Shown one piece after another: positions 37,101 through 49,263 of a DNA stretch of 64,000 nucleotides. The notes under the pieces are model-generated. The model had not been told where the DNA came from. It made no database searches and was given only the letters and a program-made list of their open reading frames with translations. Within the stretch, counting starts at the first letter, position 1. Each line of letters begins with the position of its first letter. This DNA comes from Antedon mediterranea (taxonomy: Eukaryota > Animalia > Echinodermata): contig NC_092678.1 in the NCBI RefSeq assembly GCF_964355755.1, forward strand, positions 16,845,881 to 16,909,880. Direction: 5' to 3'. The translations under genes and the position numbers were made by a program.

Positions 37101-40089
37101 AAACGTACATAAAACTAAAAAATACTAAAGTAAAATAGCAAGTAATATGAAAAACTTGAGGAAACTAATCCGGGAATTAAGCATAGCAGCAGGTATAAAA
37201 GCTTGGAAGATTTCCTGGTGAAGTACAATATAAGTAACTCAAAAGCGAGAGGAGAGAATTGTTTTTATTTTGTCTTTTGTGAGATCCATTCACCTTTATT
37301 TCTTTTTCAGTATATTATATATTGTCACATACGTATTACAATATTGAATAGTTTATATTGATTACAAAGTCAATTAAATGCAAATGATGTGTTAGTGTGG
37401 TGAAATACTCGTGTGTTACGATAATTTTAAACATGAATTGATTTTCTTTTTACAGACTGGCTAATTTAGTTCTGAAAATATTTTTGTATAAGCCTCCTAG
37501 AAGAGTAAACTTGTGGAATTTCACTACTGCTTCCTGCCACACCTAACACGCATAGTCTACTAACTAAAGTTTGCAAATTTGTGTAAACTTCGAGGTTTGG
37601 TAAGACAAGTTTTAAGTGTAGACCAAGTCGGTGAATTGCAGAAAAATAGTTTGTAGAAGTTAGGGCGTGCATCTTTTTGATAAATACAATTATTGCTAGT
37701 GTACAGTATAGACTAAAGGCTCTTAGTAACTAAAAGTTATAAAATGTGTTTTGTAATGTCCATTGTATCGGATCATTGAAACTGTCGTTCCTATTTATAA
37801 AAAAAGACTAACATGTTTTAAAACATATTTCGTGTTCATTTCTAAATGCTGTCGATTGACTTGCTTTTTGTAATCATATATGATAATGATAAAGATAATG
37901 ATTGACTGATCACTTTATTTCAGAATAACAAATTTCATATATACAACAAACAATAAAAAACGGAAAATAACATAAGATTTTCTCCCGTGTAGTGAAGAGA
38001 TTTGAAGATAGTAACAGATAGTTCGTAGTACACTAACAAGATCATTTTAAAGCTCTTATTCTAAAACCATAGACGCACTTGCGGACATGCTCGTAAAAAG
38101 AGGGTAATCTCCACGTGGTAAACATGTCAATAGCACTACAGTGCTTAGGTAAGCCTAGCAAAGAATTGTTAGCAGAAAAAGTAGTTATTATAATATTATT
38201 TGCATTAGTATAAATTCTAAATAATGACTAATGCAAATAATATAGTTATAACTATATAATAACAAAAACATTTACTTAGCAAACTGGAAATAGAATTAAA
38301 TTAATTTTAATTTACTTATCGGTACATCAAAGTTACCGGTAAGCAAAATGATAAATATAAATGCTAATGAATGTTTAAAAAGCACACATAACAATGCTTC
38401 GATACCATTAATTTTCCTTGGTTAAACATGCAGTCTGTACTAAAAGTTTATTATGCACGCAGCTACAGTTTTTTTCAAATTAACAAGTGACAACTTGTTG
38501 CCAATCAATGGCTTAGGGCTTAAAATGGTTTTGAAAACCTATTAAATTCAGTTTACTGTATTCTTCGAAACGACCATGTTTGTTTTAAAAGGACTGATAA
38601 GCCTAAATTATGCAAAATCTATGTCAAAAAATGTTGGCATGGACTTGATCTCTTTTCTGATGGACCTGCAAACATTGTTTTGTGCTGCTTTCATTACAGA
38701 TTTCCTCGTTCTTCTTTAGCATTGTGATAGTGCTATACAGTCAACATACACAGTAGGCTGCATTCTATACATATTGCTCTCAGCTTTATTTAACAATTTT
38801 CTACCATACAATTGAAAAATAATAGTAAAAGCAATAACTTATTTACGACAGAATGTTGTTGAATAATTGCACTTTTATTTGTGTACTTATTATGAAAAAA
38901 ATTGAAAATTAGTAACGGTAATTTCCATTTGTGTGGACATCAATATTAAAGTTTAAGCGAACTCACATTTACAATGAAATAATTGAGTTGTAAAAACATT
39001 AAACTTGGATAGCTTTTGTTATTATATTGACAACAAGCAAGCTCAGTATTCTAATGGTAATTCATTAACGATTGTCGTACAACAAAATAATATCTACAAG
39101 CACAATAAACTTCCATAGACATTGTGCATAATCATGGTGGATCCAATTAGGCGAACTAACATTTCAAAAGAAATAATTTGGTTGTAAAAAAACATAAACC
39201 TAGATATTATTGACAAAATATCTATTTTCTAACACAAATATCAATGTTATTGTCAATTGCGAGAAAACTTATTACCTAACTTGATTAGTGAAAAAAAACC
39301 CATTAATATATTTAAAGTCAAAGAAACCTAACAATGTGCGGTATACAAGGTTGGAAGCAGAGAGAGGTAATTGGCTTTTTTGGCTTATAATATTTAATGT
39401 TTTTGAACGAATGTTGTTAAAATATTTGGAAATCCAGTCAAAAATCAATTTTTTAACAGTTGGTATGCTGCCAACTTGATGGGGTTTACAAACAAATTTT
39501 ATTTATGTATTGTTTATTCAAATTTCTGCCAATAACAAAACAAACAAAATATAAAAGACAAGGAAAGACCGAATATAATATACTAGTTGGTCAACCAAAA
39601 AACACAGAAATAGAAAACGAAATAGTTCAACTGCAAAACATTTTCGTAAAAATACGTAAGAATTAAAATAATTATGTAGTTTACATTTAACAGAATTATT
39701 ATTACAAATTTCATCGTGCAATTTGTTCCAAATGATTGGAACGCACGTATGAAATGAAATAGAATATATTATATAGAATTGTATAGTGCAATTTGATAAA
39801 AAATGATGAACATATTATATCTTGCATGCAGCTAAAAGGATACCAAGGGTAGATAAAGTACGAAGTAATAAGTTGGGGATTTATAAAGAAGAAATTAAAT
39901 AAAGTTAGATAAAGATTAATGAATTAATCAAATTGTCACAAACTTTCATAATTGGATGTTCTTGTGAATGGGATGACAATCATGGTAAAACAAAAAGTAA
40001 AGTTTTATTCAGGAGGAGAGTCACCTTCTTGAAAAAAAATTATGTAGGCCTTATTGTCCTTATTGAAACATTTTGAACAAGATATAATC

Positions 40090-40535
40090 TATGTTTTACA
40101 ACAGAAATCGGGCAAAAAGAGTTCATATTAACATTTAACGCACAATGCGTGTGCAAAAACCTTCGCATTCATGGCAATTTTTTAAACGCTTAAAATTGGC
40201 TGAAACGTACTCTTATTTCATCGAAAATAAATTTTGACAATTTTGAAAAAAAGCGCGCGTACGCATGCGTTACATGCGCTACGCACGTAATTGTATTGCC
40301 ATATGATGATTTATGCCCTGAAATGTATGAGTACCAAATTGTATTCAATTGTGATTCATGCTTGTAGACCGCGTAATTTTTTATTGCGCACCGTGAAAAC
40401 ATAACCACATCGATTCCTGGCCATAAGGAATATACTGTGAAAATTTGACTTAGCTAGATGAAATTGATATCAAGAAAAGGCCATATACAAGTTAGTGTTT
40501 ACCGACCGACCGACCTACCAACCGACATAGTGAAC
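40090..40535. mobile_element. Helentron/DINE-like non-autonomous element; related copy 44296-44510, end fragment 52087-52486
   Basis: Shared gcgcgtacgcatgc.tta.a.gcgctac.cacgtaattgtattgccatatgatga. (ccga)n microsatellite plus ccgacatagtgaact, reverse-complemented at 52406-52430. Confidence 0.5.
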
Positions 40536-42013
40536 TGTATTATTATATTAAAACTGTATCATTGTAAAAACAAACCCGGATATAAATATAAACACATCAT
40601 GTTTTCTACAAATATGTCCGGTTAGTAGAGAAGATTATATTTTTCACCTCATCCTCTATAGTGCAATATGATTGCATTGTATGTTTAATTGACTTAACCA
40701 GATAAAGGGTCATTACATGCCTCCTTTCCTATTTCTACCTGAATGGACGAACAGACATCAAGATTGTTTAAAACCCACAGCCGGAAGTCAAAACATGGAT
40801 AATGTTTCCCTGATTTGTTACATAATTTTCCAGTGGGGTCAAATTGGGTCATCATGTTTCCTGTTCCATATTTTTTAGATTATTAATCTAAAGAATACAC
40901 ATTTTCCTTCGGCCCTCTAACAGAAACCCGGAACCATGCTCAAATGAATGCTGAAACCCATGCTATATAAACCGCCCGATTCTTATTGTATCTAGAGATT
41001 CGCCAGTATCCCTAATATAGCATCATAATACCAGGGAGTTGTAAAATAAGAACTCCCTGATAATACATTGCCTAGTAGGCTGCCATAGACCATAACTTAA
41101 CATGATACAAGCACCCACCACTTGTCAGTGATAAACAAATGAGCAAATATCGTATCGTATAAACTGTCCGTTGCAATATAGCTATCGTTTCTAAACAGGA
41201 GTGTTCAGACTAAATATCATCGATGAAGAGAAAGAGAAAGTGCAAATTATGAAAACAAAGCAATTAAGAAAATCAACAGAGCAATAAGCGTGAGTGAAAC
41301 CAATAGTCAACCAGAATCTCAACATGTTTGCGACTCTACATAGTTTACCTGTTACCTAGTTTTTCTACTTATAGGCTTACATCGCGGTTTACGATTGAAA
41401 CTGTTTAATGCTACGTGATGAAATATAAACAAAAACTTAGGCTATGCAACGAATATGTTTACAGTTCGTTCGCCGTGAAATACGTTCTACTCGGCGGTGA
41501 GAAAAGTCGGAGTAAAGTTTCTGCTTGGGTTTGTAGTCTCGACAACAATTGGCAGAAATGAGCATTGTATATGGGCCCAAAGTATCGTTTGATTGATTTG
41601 TATTTGTTTACCATGCACTTATATTTAGGCATGCTACTAGTACTATTTGCATCCATTTTTTAGCCATTGTCGTTTCGCTCCTATCCGATCGTCGTGTTAT
41701 CGCCGTGACGGGCTCGTTTAGTGGGAAAGAAGTTGTTAAAACAAAACATATTCGTAACATAAACACCTACTGTACTGAATCGTTAAACGGGAGCCTAGAG
41801 TAAATGCCGAAGATCTTTTTATAAAGTAAAGTACTACTGTAGTTATAACATTGACATTTAGTTTATAAAGTTTTTAAGGATAGGCCTATTATATTAGCAT
41901 TATTCTATATTACTGTTGGAAGTTATTTCACGATCTAGGTAAGTGCAATTCATCGACACTTACAATTGGTCCCGCGTACGCTAAACTCCCTTTCTGTCGC
42001 ATGTAAAACGCCA

Positions 42014-42106
42014 GCCAATCACGGTTCAACCGCTTTACATAGGGATTGGGTTCAGAAAAAGAGGAGTGGCCACTACCGTGGTGGATGTACTGTAGGCCTA
42101 TATAAA
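42014..42106 (+). promoter_or_regulatory. MAT-B proximal promoter (CCAAT, TATA)
   Basis: GCCAATCACGGT at 42014-42025, TTTACATAGG, GTGGCCAC at ~42066 and TATATAAA at 42099-42106; homologous to MAT-A 1620-1704. Confidence 0.65.
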
Positions 42107-42206
42107 GTTCAGCAATTGATAGTATGTACGCATTGCTCATGTCATTTGCCTCACAAACAGACTTGAAAACACAAGTAGTTAAACCTTGCCGTTTGGTCTA
42201 CACAAG

Positions 42207-45200
42207 ATGTCGAAAATGTCTGAAACATTTCTTTTTACATCAGAATCAGTAGGAGAAGGCCATCCAGGTAAGTGTACTTCGTTGGTTTAAGCAAAAAGAT
42301 TCAATATTTTGAAAAATTGTGCACGCATTACAATTTCATAATTTGGTTCCCACTGTAACGCAAAGCAGGACATAGACCAACCAAAAGCGATGGATTATTC
42401 GAACTGTCGCTTGTGATTGGTAAATTCGTTTGTGTCCTTAGGTTTCTGAAATAATTTACCTTACCATATTTGGCACAGTCAGTCGGAATGTTTACAAACA
42501 TTACCTTCTAATTTGCATTTTTTTCGTTAATTTTGTTTAAAAATAGTATTATAACATTAGCATTGTACTATTGTAAATTATATACTTTTTCATTGATTTC
42601 ATTAACCAGATCGAATTCTAATGCGAAATTATAGCTCTAACTACAAAAAAAAAAAAATACCACATTATCATATCAGCTGTGAAATTAGTTAGGGAATTTC
42701 CAGAAAGTTTTTGGCTGTTCCAAGTGACTTTCTTATTCCCTTCCATTGAGTCACGTTTTAGATTGTGCTTCATTCGGCCAATCGGAGTCTTGTATTTTGC
42801 ATATCATATTTCAATAGATGGCGGGCTATATCCATTGTTCCTCTCCATTTACTTTTAACACGATCCAACCCTAACATAAACCATGGAGAGAAATAAAACC
42901 ACCCACTCAAATTTTCGGGCAAATTAGATGCGGAATTTCCTTCAAAAATAAAACGAAAATCCAATAATGTCCTTTTTGTTTTGCTGTTCAGAGCGACTTT
43001 CTTACTTCCTAAAGTTAAATCACATTAATTTGAGATTGCAATTACGTCATCAAGCTATTTAAAACTAGCAATAGATGGCAGGCTACATTCAAGCACTCAA
43101 TTTCGCGAAGATTTTCCAACCAGACTATAATATTAAATGAATAGTAGTGAACCCACAGAACTATCCTTCGTTAAAACTTTTTACAATTATTTTTTGAGGT
43201 GGACAAAATATCTTTTTAATTTACACACAATTATGTATCTTTTCCAACGTTCGTCTACGTCATAGGTAGCCATAAGCTAGTTTAAGCTAGGCTAGAATAG
43301 AAAGGCAGAATAATGACAAGGTATTTTATAGGTGTTCCTATGAATGAAATTTAGATACTTTTTTGGACTGAATTAGTCCAAAATTGCTCTCCTTATTTTG
43401 AATGTTGTTTATTCTAAATCCAAGCAAAAGAAAAAATAGAATAGGTGGCGTTTTTTTATTTCCAACGTGGCCTGTTTTTTTTTTTCGTACAAAAAAGATG
43501 AAAAGTAGCCCTACTATCACATTATTGTTTTAGTACACCGTTTTAATATTTGAATACATTAAAAGCTCAAGGCCTAGATATAGATTCGAGAATAATTTTA
43601 CACACGAAAAAAGCAAGCAAGCAAGCGTACGATTTTTAAAGACTTGCACGTGTGCCGTTAATTCACATTCCACAATTTTCAGAAGAACAAAAATCAGGTG
43701 AAACAAAATATGTTTCTACGATATTTTCGTGTCGGTTGCGGCTTTGCCACAGAACCATACTATTTATTTCTATTTTTAGATATACACTTCCGGTTTAGCC
43801 TGGTAATCTAGTAATTACTAAACTTACTTGACTATCACACCTACCAGCTCAAAAGTCAAATTATCGATAAGTTGAATGCACAACTGAGTAGGCCTTTCAT
43901 CTTAACTTTTTCATGTGAAATAAATAAACAATTTTATGTTTTTCTGGATCAACAATGCTCTTACAAAAACCAGATTTCAGAAGCTGAAGATGTTTGGGAC
44001 CACGTTATTGTCTCTATAGGAGTTAAAATAAATACATTTAACTTTTTCTGCGTGCTTTAAACTGTAAATCGGTAAATATCTCTGATACAGAGGAAATTTG
44101 AAAAAGCATAGCCAAACAAATGAGGGCGCAATTAAAATGTAAATAATAATAATATTATTATATGTAGAAAATACAGTATTTAACAAAATCAGCAATAACA
44201 ATGGATATGTCAGGACGACACTTTCTTTAACCTTAGTTAACATTATAAGGCCTAGCAGAGATCCTCAATATTCATAAATGTTTAATTTTGTTGTAAAACA
44301 AAAATCGAGAAAAAAGCAATTGTTAAACGTTTAAAATTGCCTGAAATGTACACTAATTCCATCGAAAATAAATGTTTTGAAAATTGTAAGTGCGCGTACG
44401 CATGCATTATAAGCGCTACACACGTAATTGTATTGCCATATGATGAAATATAACCTAACATTTATAAGTACTAAAATTGACTTAGCTAGTAGAGATAAAA
44501 TTGATCTCAAGATAATTGACGGACAAAATAATTTGAAAGAAGATTCTGACAAAATCAATAAGTTTATATCCATGATAATGCATATAACCTGATACATCTA
44601 CCCTTGATGCAAAATAGCGAGAACCATTCGCGTTTATTGGGATAGTTGATGGAAGGTGTCTTCTCTTTCTAGATAAACTATGTGATCAAGTAAGTGATGC
44701 TGTGCTGGATGCACATCTTGCTCAGGATCCAAACGCTAAGGTAGCATGTGGTAAGTGTAGACATACCGTACCTTGTAAAGCCTAACTAGTAAAGATTATA
44801 TGAATGATGTCATTTTCAAAGGGGGCTTATAGGCATAGCCTAGTCTCGATTCCGGATCCAGAAGATGCTGATCTTCGGAAACAAGTAAACAAATAAGTAA
44901 GTGAAATACCCGATGTAGAGTAGTTTGAATATTGGCACACAATTACCAATAAAAACTTTATACTCGGAGTTCACCTTTAAATTACAATTGTCTGGAGATA
45001 CTATGTCTGCTAATGTATGGCCATCAAAAATATTGGTTTGGGCTAGCCAACTTGGGCTAGAGAAATATCAAACCATGGGAAGTTCTTAGTTTGCATTGAA
45101 TTAGGCCTACAAAGCTTACAGCATGTTTTTTTTATGGTTTAAGAGTCGTGCACGAAGACGGGAATGATTCTTGTTGCTGGTGAGATTTCATCAAATGCAA

Positions 45201-48200
45201 ACGTCGACTATCAGAGAGTCATCAGGAATACCATCGAGAGGATTGGCTATAATCATTCTGAAACAGGTATTACACGCTGTTAAATACGATTTACATATTA
45301 ATATTTGTATAAAGGTATGGCGTATTTAATCAAGCGGCAAGGCAAAAATCATAATTAATGCATGAGCCTAATTATTTTTTTGTTAAAGAATTACAAGATA
45401 TTCGACCTATTTTCTAATAACTGAACGTAACCCTCTGAATAATCTCTCTCAACTACTGTATTAAAACAACATTGGAAATCGGAAAGTTGCATGGGTTTTG
45501 AACCGAGATAAAATAATTTTTAAAAGACAATTTTTAAAATAGCGCCATTTATAACAACATTTGAGGTTAAGATACGTTTTCATGTGAGATAAGACATTTA
45601 AAATATTCTATTGTTTTGTTAAGGTTTTGACTGCAATACTTGCAATGTACTTGTCGCATTGGAAGAACAAGCCTCCGAGATTGCCGCTGCTGTCCACGTC
45701 AACAAGAAGGAGGAAGAAATAGGTGCAGGTGATCAGGTAGGCCTAGGTGATTTTCTCACCCCATCCACCTACCTTTATTGGTCTATCTCTCTCTCTCTCT
45801 CTCTGTTTTTTTTAGAGAGAGACTTAAACTGGATTATTATTATTCTATAATAATCAACGATATACTTTTAATTTTTGATATCTATGATTTTAACCACTCG
45901 AATGTAGGCCTACAAATTAAAAGTAAAAATTGTACTAATAGTGTTTGAAGGATACTGTTTGAGGTAATTATGAGAATGAGATCGTTGATCATATTTATCA
46001 GATTATTATTAACTATTTTATATAATAGGGCCTTATGTTTGGTTATGCCACCAATGAAACTGAAGAACTAATGCCATTGACAGTAGTTCTGGCCCATGGT
46101 CTTACAAAGAAGTTAGCTGAAGAAAGGAGAAAAGAGAATGGTAAAATGTCGTACCTCAGACCAGATTGCAAAAGCCAGGTATTTGTTTATGTTTTTATTT
46201 TATTCAATCGAAACCAACAGCGATAATTACCGCCACTAACAGGTTTGATACAAACAAAGCCAAGACTGTCTAAGTCCTAACAATGACCAAAGAACATATA
46301 GGCCTATATATATATTTACCGTTAATCTTCTAATTGTAACCCTGGGTTATTATTCTTTGATTGTTTGTAGGGTGGGTTACTTTTAGAAGGTTTTTACTAT
46401 TAGAGTAGTAGGTTACTAATACTAATCTTAAATTAGGCACCTGAAAATAGTAACCCACCCCAACTATTCCGGTCAGCAACTCATAGCAAAAAATTAAAAC
46501 AGTACCGTACGATCGAAAAAACTAATTTGTTTGAACTCTAACTTTATTTTATAAACTCAAAAACACTCAATCCTCCCCCACTCCCGAGACGTGACCAACA
46601 TGCATTATCTCCTTATTTTCAAAATACGGATGTCATAAACGACAATGGAGTCTTCATAATGTCATTTTGTCAATAGCTTTTGTGACTCCCATGGGGGTGG
46701 TGGGTTGTTATTATTATAGATTGACTTATAAGGTGGATTACTATTAAAAGGAGGGTTACTATTAGAGTGTGGGTTACTATTATAAGATTTACGGTAGCAC
46801 AAAAATCTCCTGTTCGTCAAATCCGCGTGTAACATTTCAAAAGGCATTGTCTCCAAAGGACGTTTCAGCCCAGTAACGGAAGTGCAAGTTTTGTATTCGC
46901 GTACCAGAGATCTCTATTAATGGTTTGGTGGACAGGCTCTCTATCAGAATGGCGCCGCTCGGTGTGACCTTTGACCCTGTACTTGCCATACACGTATTTT
47001 CAATGCAAAATTGACAAACTGGAGATTTTTTGTGTTATGTTCTTTTTAGTATCACAAACTAATTACCTATAATCAAGTACTTTTTAAGTCTATGATTGAC
47101 TATTTTCTAAGTACATCTTTTTGTTGTAGGTCACTGTAGAGCACAAAATAGTTGATGGATGTTGCGTTCCACTGCGTGTTCACACTGTTGTCATCTCTAC
47201 TCAACATAGTCCTGATGTAACTCAAGATCAAATAAAGAGAGACTTGGAGGAGATTGTAATTCCTGCTGTTATTCCAGCCAAGTACCGTGATAAGAAAATG
47301 ATTTTCCACTCCAATCCCTCTGGAAGTTTTGTTATCGGTGGTCCAAAGGTAACATATTCCTTGCCATTCGTAGTGGTAGTAGTTGTTTCATACTGGTACT
47401 GGTTCAAATAACCGTCTCACAGAGACATCTGGTAGCCATTGACTTGAAGTTGGCATTTGGATGTGTTACTTTTAAATGTAGGCCTACAGTATGAGAGTGA
47501 CTACTACCAAATTACACAATCACAAAACAACTTATAAAACAGTTCATATATACAGTTAAAACATTGCTGGGAATTATAAATTTCTGTTGAAGCAGGCTCT
47601 AATGAAGTTGCATCTAGTAAGTTGACATTACATTAAAAAATATGATGTTCCGGAAAAAAAACCTTTTTTCTACTAGATTGGTTGATGAGTGATTAAGAAG
47701 AAAATATAATCCTCCCTATTAGGACACCTTTTCTGTAAAACGAACAAGAGGAAATGTTATGCCCAACCATTATTAAAGGGAATTTTTCTGGGCTTTTAAG
47801 GTGTTACGCTAAAGGAATTTCATAAATGACAGATTTATAGTTACAAAACTGAGCACGATAATGTTAGGCCTGCCATTAAAAAATGGTATGTTGCTTAATT
47901 ACAGAAGTAACCCTAGATTTATTCAAGTTTTGGGTTAGTAGAGCTTAGAAAACAGGATTTGTTTAAAGGTCGTACATGATTAAATTATTACTTGCAATTA
48001 CAGGGAGACGCAGGCCTAACTGGACGCAAGATCATAGTAGACACTTACGGTGGATGGGGAGCTCATGGTGGTGGTGCATTCTCAGGCAAAGATGTCACCA
48101 AGGTGGATCGTTCTGCAGCATATGCTGCACGATGGGTTGCTAAATCTTTAGTAGCTGGAAAAGTGTGCAAAAGAGCACTTGTGCAGGTAATGAGAAGTTT

Positions 48201-49263
48201 TTGTGAGATTCACACTCACCTTTTTTAAGCATTCTTCACTATACAACACAAACCATAGTATCACTATTGTAAGCCTACATTTAAATATAGTCTACCTCGA
48301 CATTTTTACTGTGTCTTTATTTTTCTTTAGTGTTCTTTTTTTTTATTTTACCGATCTTTTTGTTTCCATTTTGAAATTCTCCACTTATAATTTTACAACT
48401 TTTAAGAGGGCATTCATACAAAATTAGAACTATATAATACATTTCTGTGAAAAGACAGCATCACATGATGTTAGTCATAATGTGATACTGTACTTCTTAA
48501 ATATCTTTTTTAGGTCGCGTATGCCATTGGAATTGCTAAACCACTTTCTGTTACTGTATGGGACTATGGTACCTCAGGCAAAAGTCAAGCAGAACTACTC
48601 AGGATTGTCAACGATAATTTTGACCTTCGACCTGGTGTGATAATCAGGTAAGTTAAGTAGTCTCAACAAGCGCGCAGCAGTCGTACATTTCAGTCGTGTG
48701 TTTCGGAAAAAGTTGTGAATGATAATATCGGACTAGCATGTGATAGATAATGGGTTCGAGTCTACAATATTTATTGCATCCTTATGCAAGATGTTTTAAC
48801 TCTCATTGCCTCGTCCTTTGGATGGGACGTATAGCAGTTTGTCTTGTGTAGGCCTTCATATAGTACACGTTAAAGAACTTGAACACTATTCGAAGAGTTT
48901 AGAGGATAGTCTCCCGGTGTGCTGATCTGGTAGGCGTTGCACCGTTGACTGCCGTTGGTCCATCGACGGCTTAATCGGAATTTCACCAGTTTCCAGTTAA
49001 ACTTGATCTGGACCAGAATAAATACATTTACCTTTAATTAAAACCGACAATCATATTTTTCGAACATGTACACCAGTGACTTCTATATCGACCAATGATT
49101 TTATATTTCTATTCTCCCTCCTGATGTTGTATACACTATTATTAATTGCCTCTTTAGGGAGCTGAATCTAAGAAGACCAATCTATGAAAAGACAGCATCA
49201 TACGGTCATTTCGGAAGATCAGACCCTGATTTTACCTGGGAACAACCAAAGCAACTTATCTGA
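42207..49263 (+). CDS. MAT: S-adenosylmethionine synthetase, copy B, 9 exons, ~385-388 aa
   Basis: Exons 42207 (or in-frame ATG 42216)-42267, 44673-44750, 45144-45266, 45624-45736, 46029-46178, 47130-47348, 48004-48186, 48514-48647, 49158-49263. Intron positions and phases are identical to copy A, the frame is open throughout and all MAT signature motifs are present. Confidence 0.96.
47391..47626 (-). mobile_element. 5'-truncated RTE-like LINE 3' end in MAT-B intron 6
   Basis: About 235 bp nearly identical to 56319-56554, including the (ACCAGT)n tail. Confidence 0.9.
48715..49035 (+). mobile_element. tRNA-derived SINE with Nin/Deu-like central domain (degenerate)
   Basis: B-box-like GGGTTCGAGTC at ~48752, then ggatgggacgtatagc...cacgttaaagaac..cactattcgaagag..cccggtgtgctg resembling the Deu/Nin domain, and a catttaccttt tail. 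Related fragment at ~33100-33190. Confidence 0.55.

Noticed and set aside
26000-42000. Short ORFs in the MARS/MAT-B spacer as a hidden protein-coding gene
   Set aside because: Low-complexity AT-rich translations with no recognisable motif or consistent exon chain. Some stretches look like decayed LINE tails (AATAAA plus microsatellite at ~29321, ~31597, ~32273). A non-coding transcript cannot be excluded.
42207-49263. MAT-B as an assembly or haplotype duplicate, or a pseudogene
   Set aside because: Introns and flanks are unrelated to those of copy A, several exons differ by ~15-22%, and the reading frame, splice sites and promoter are intact.
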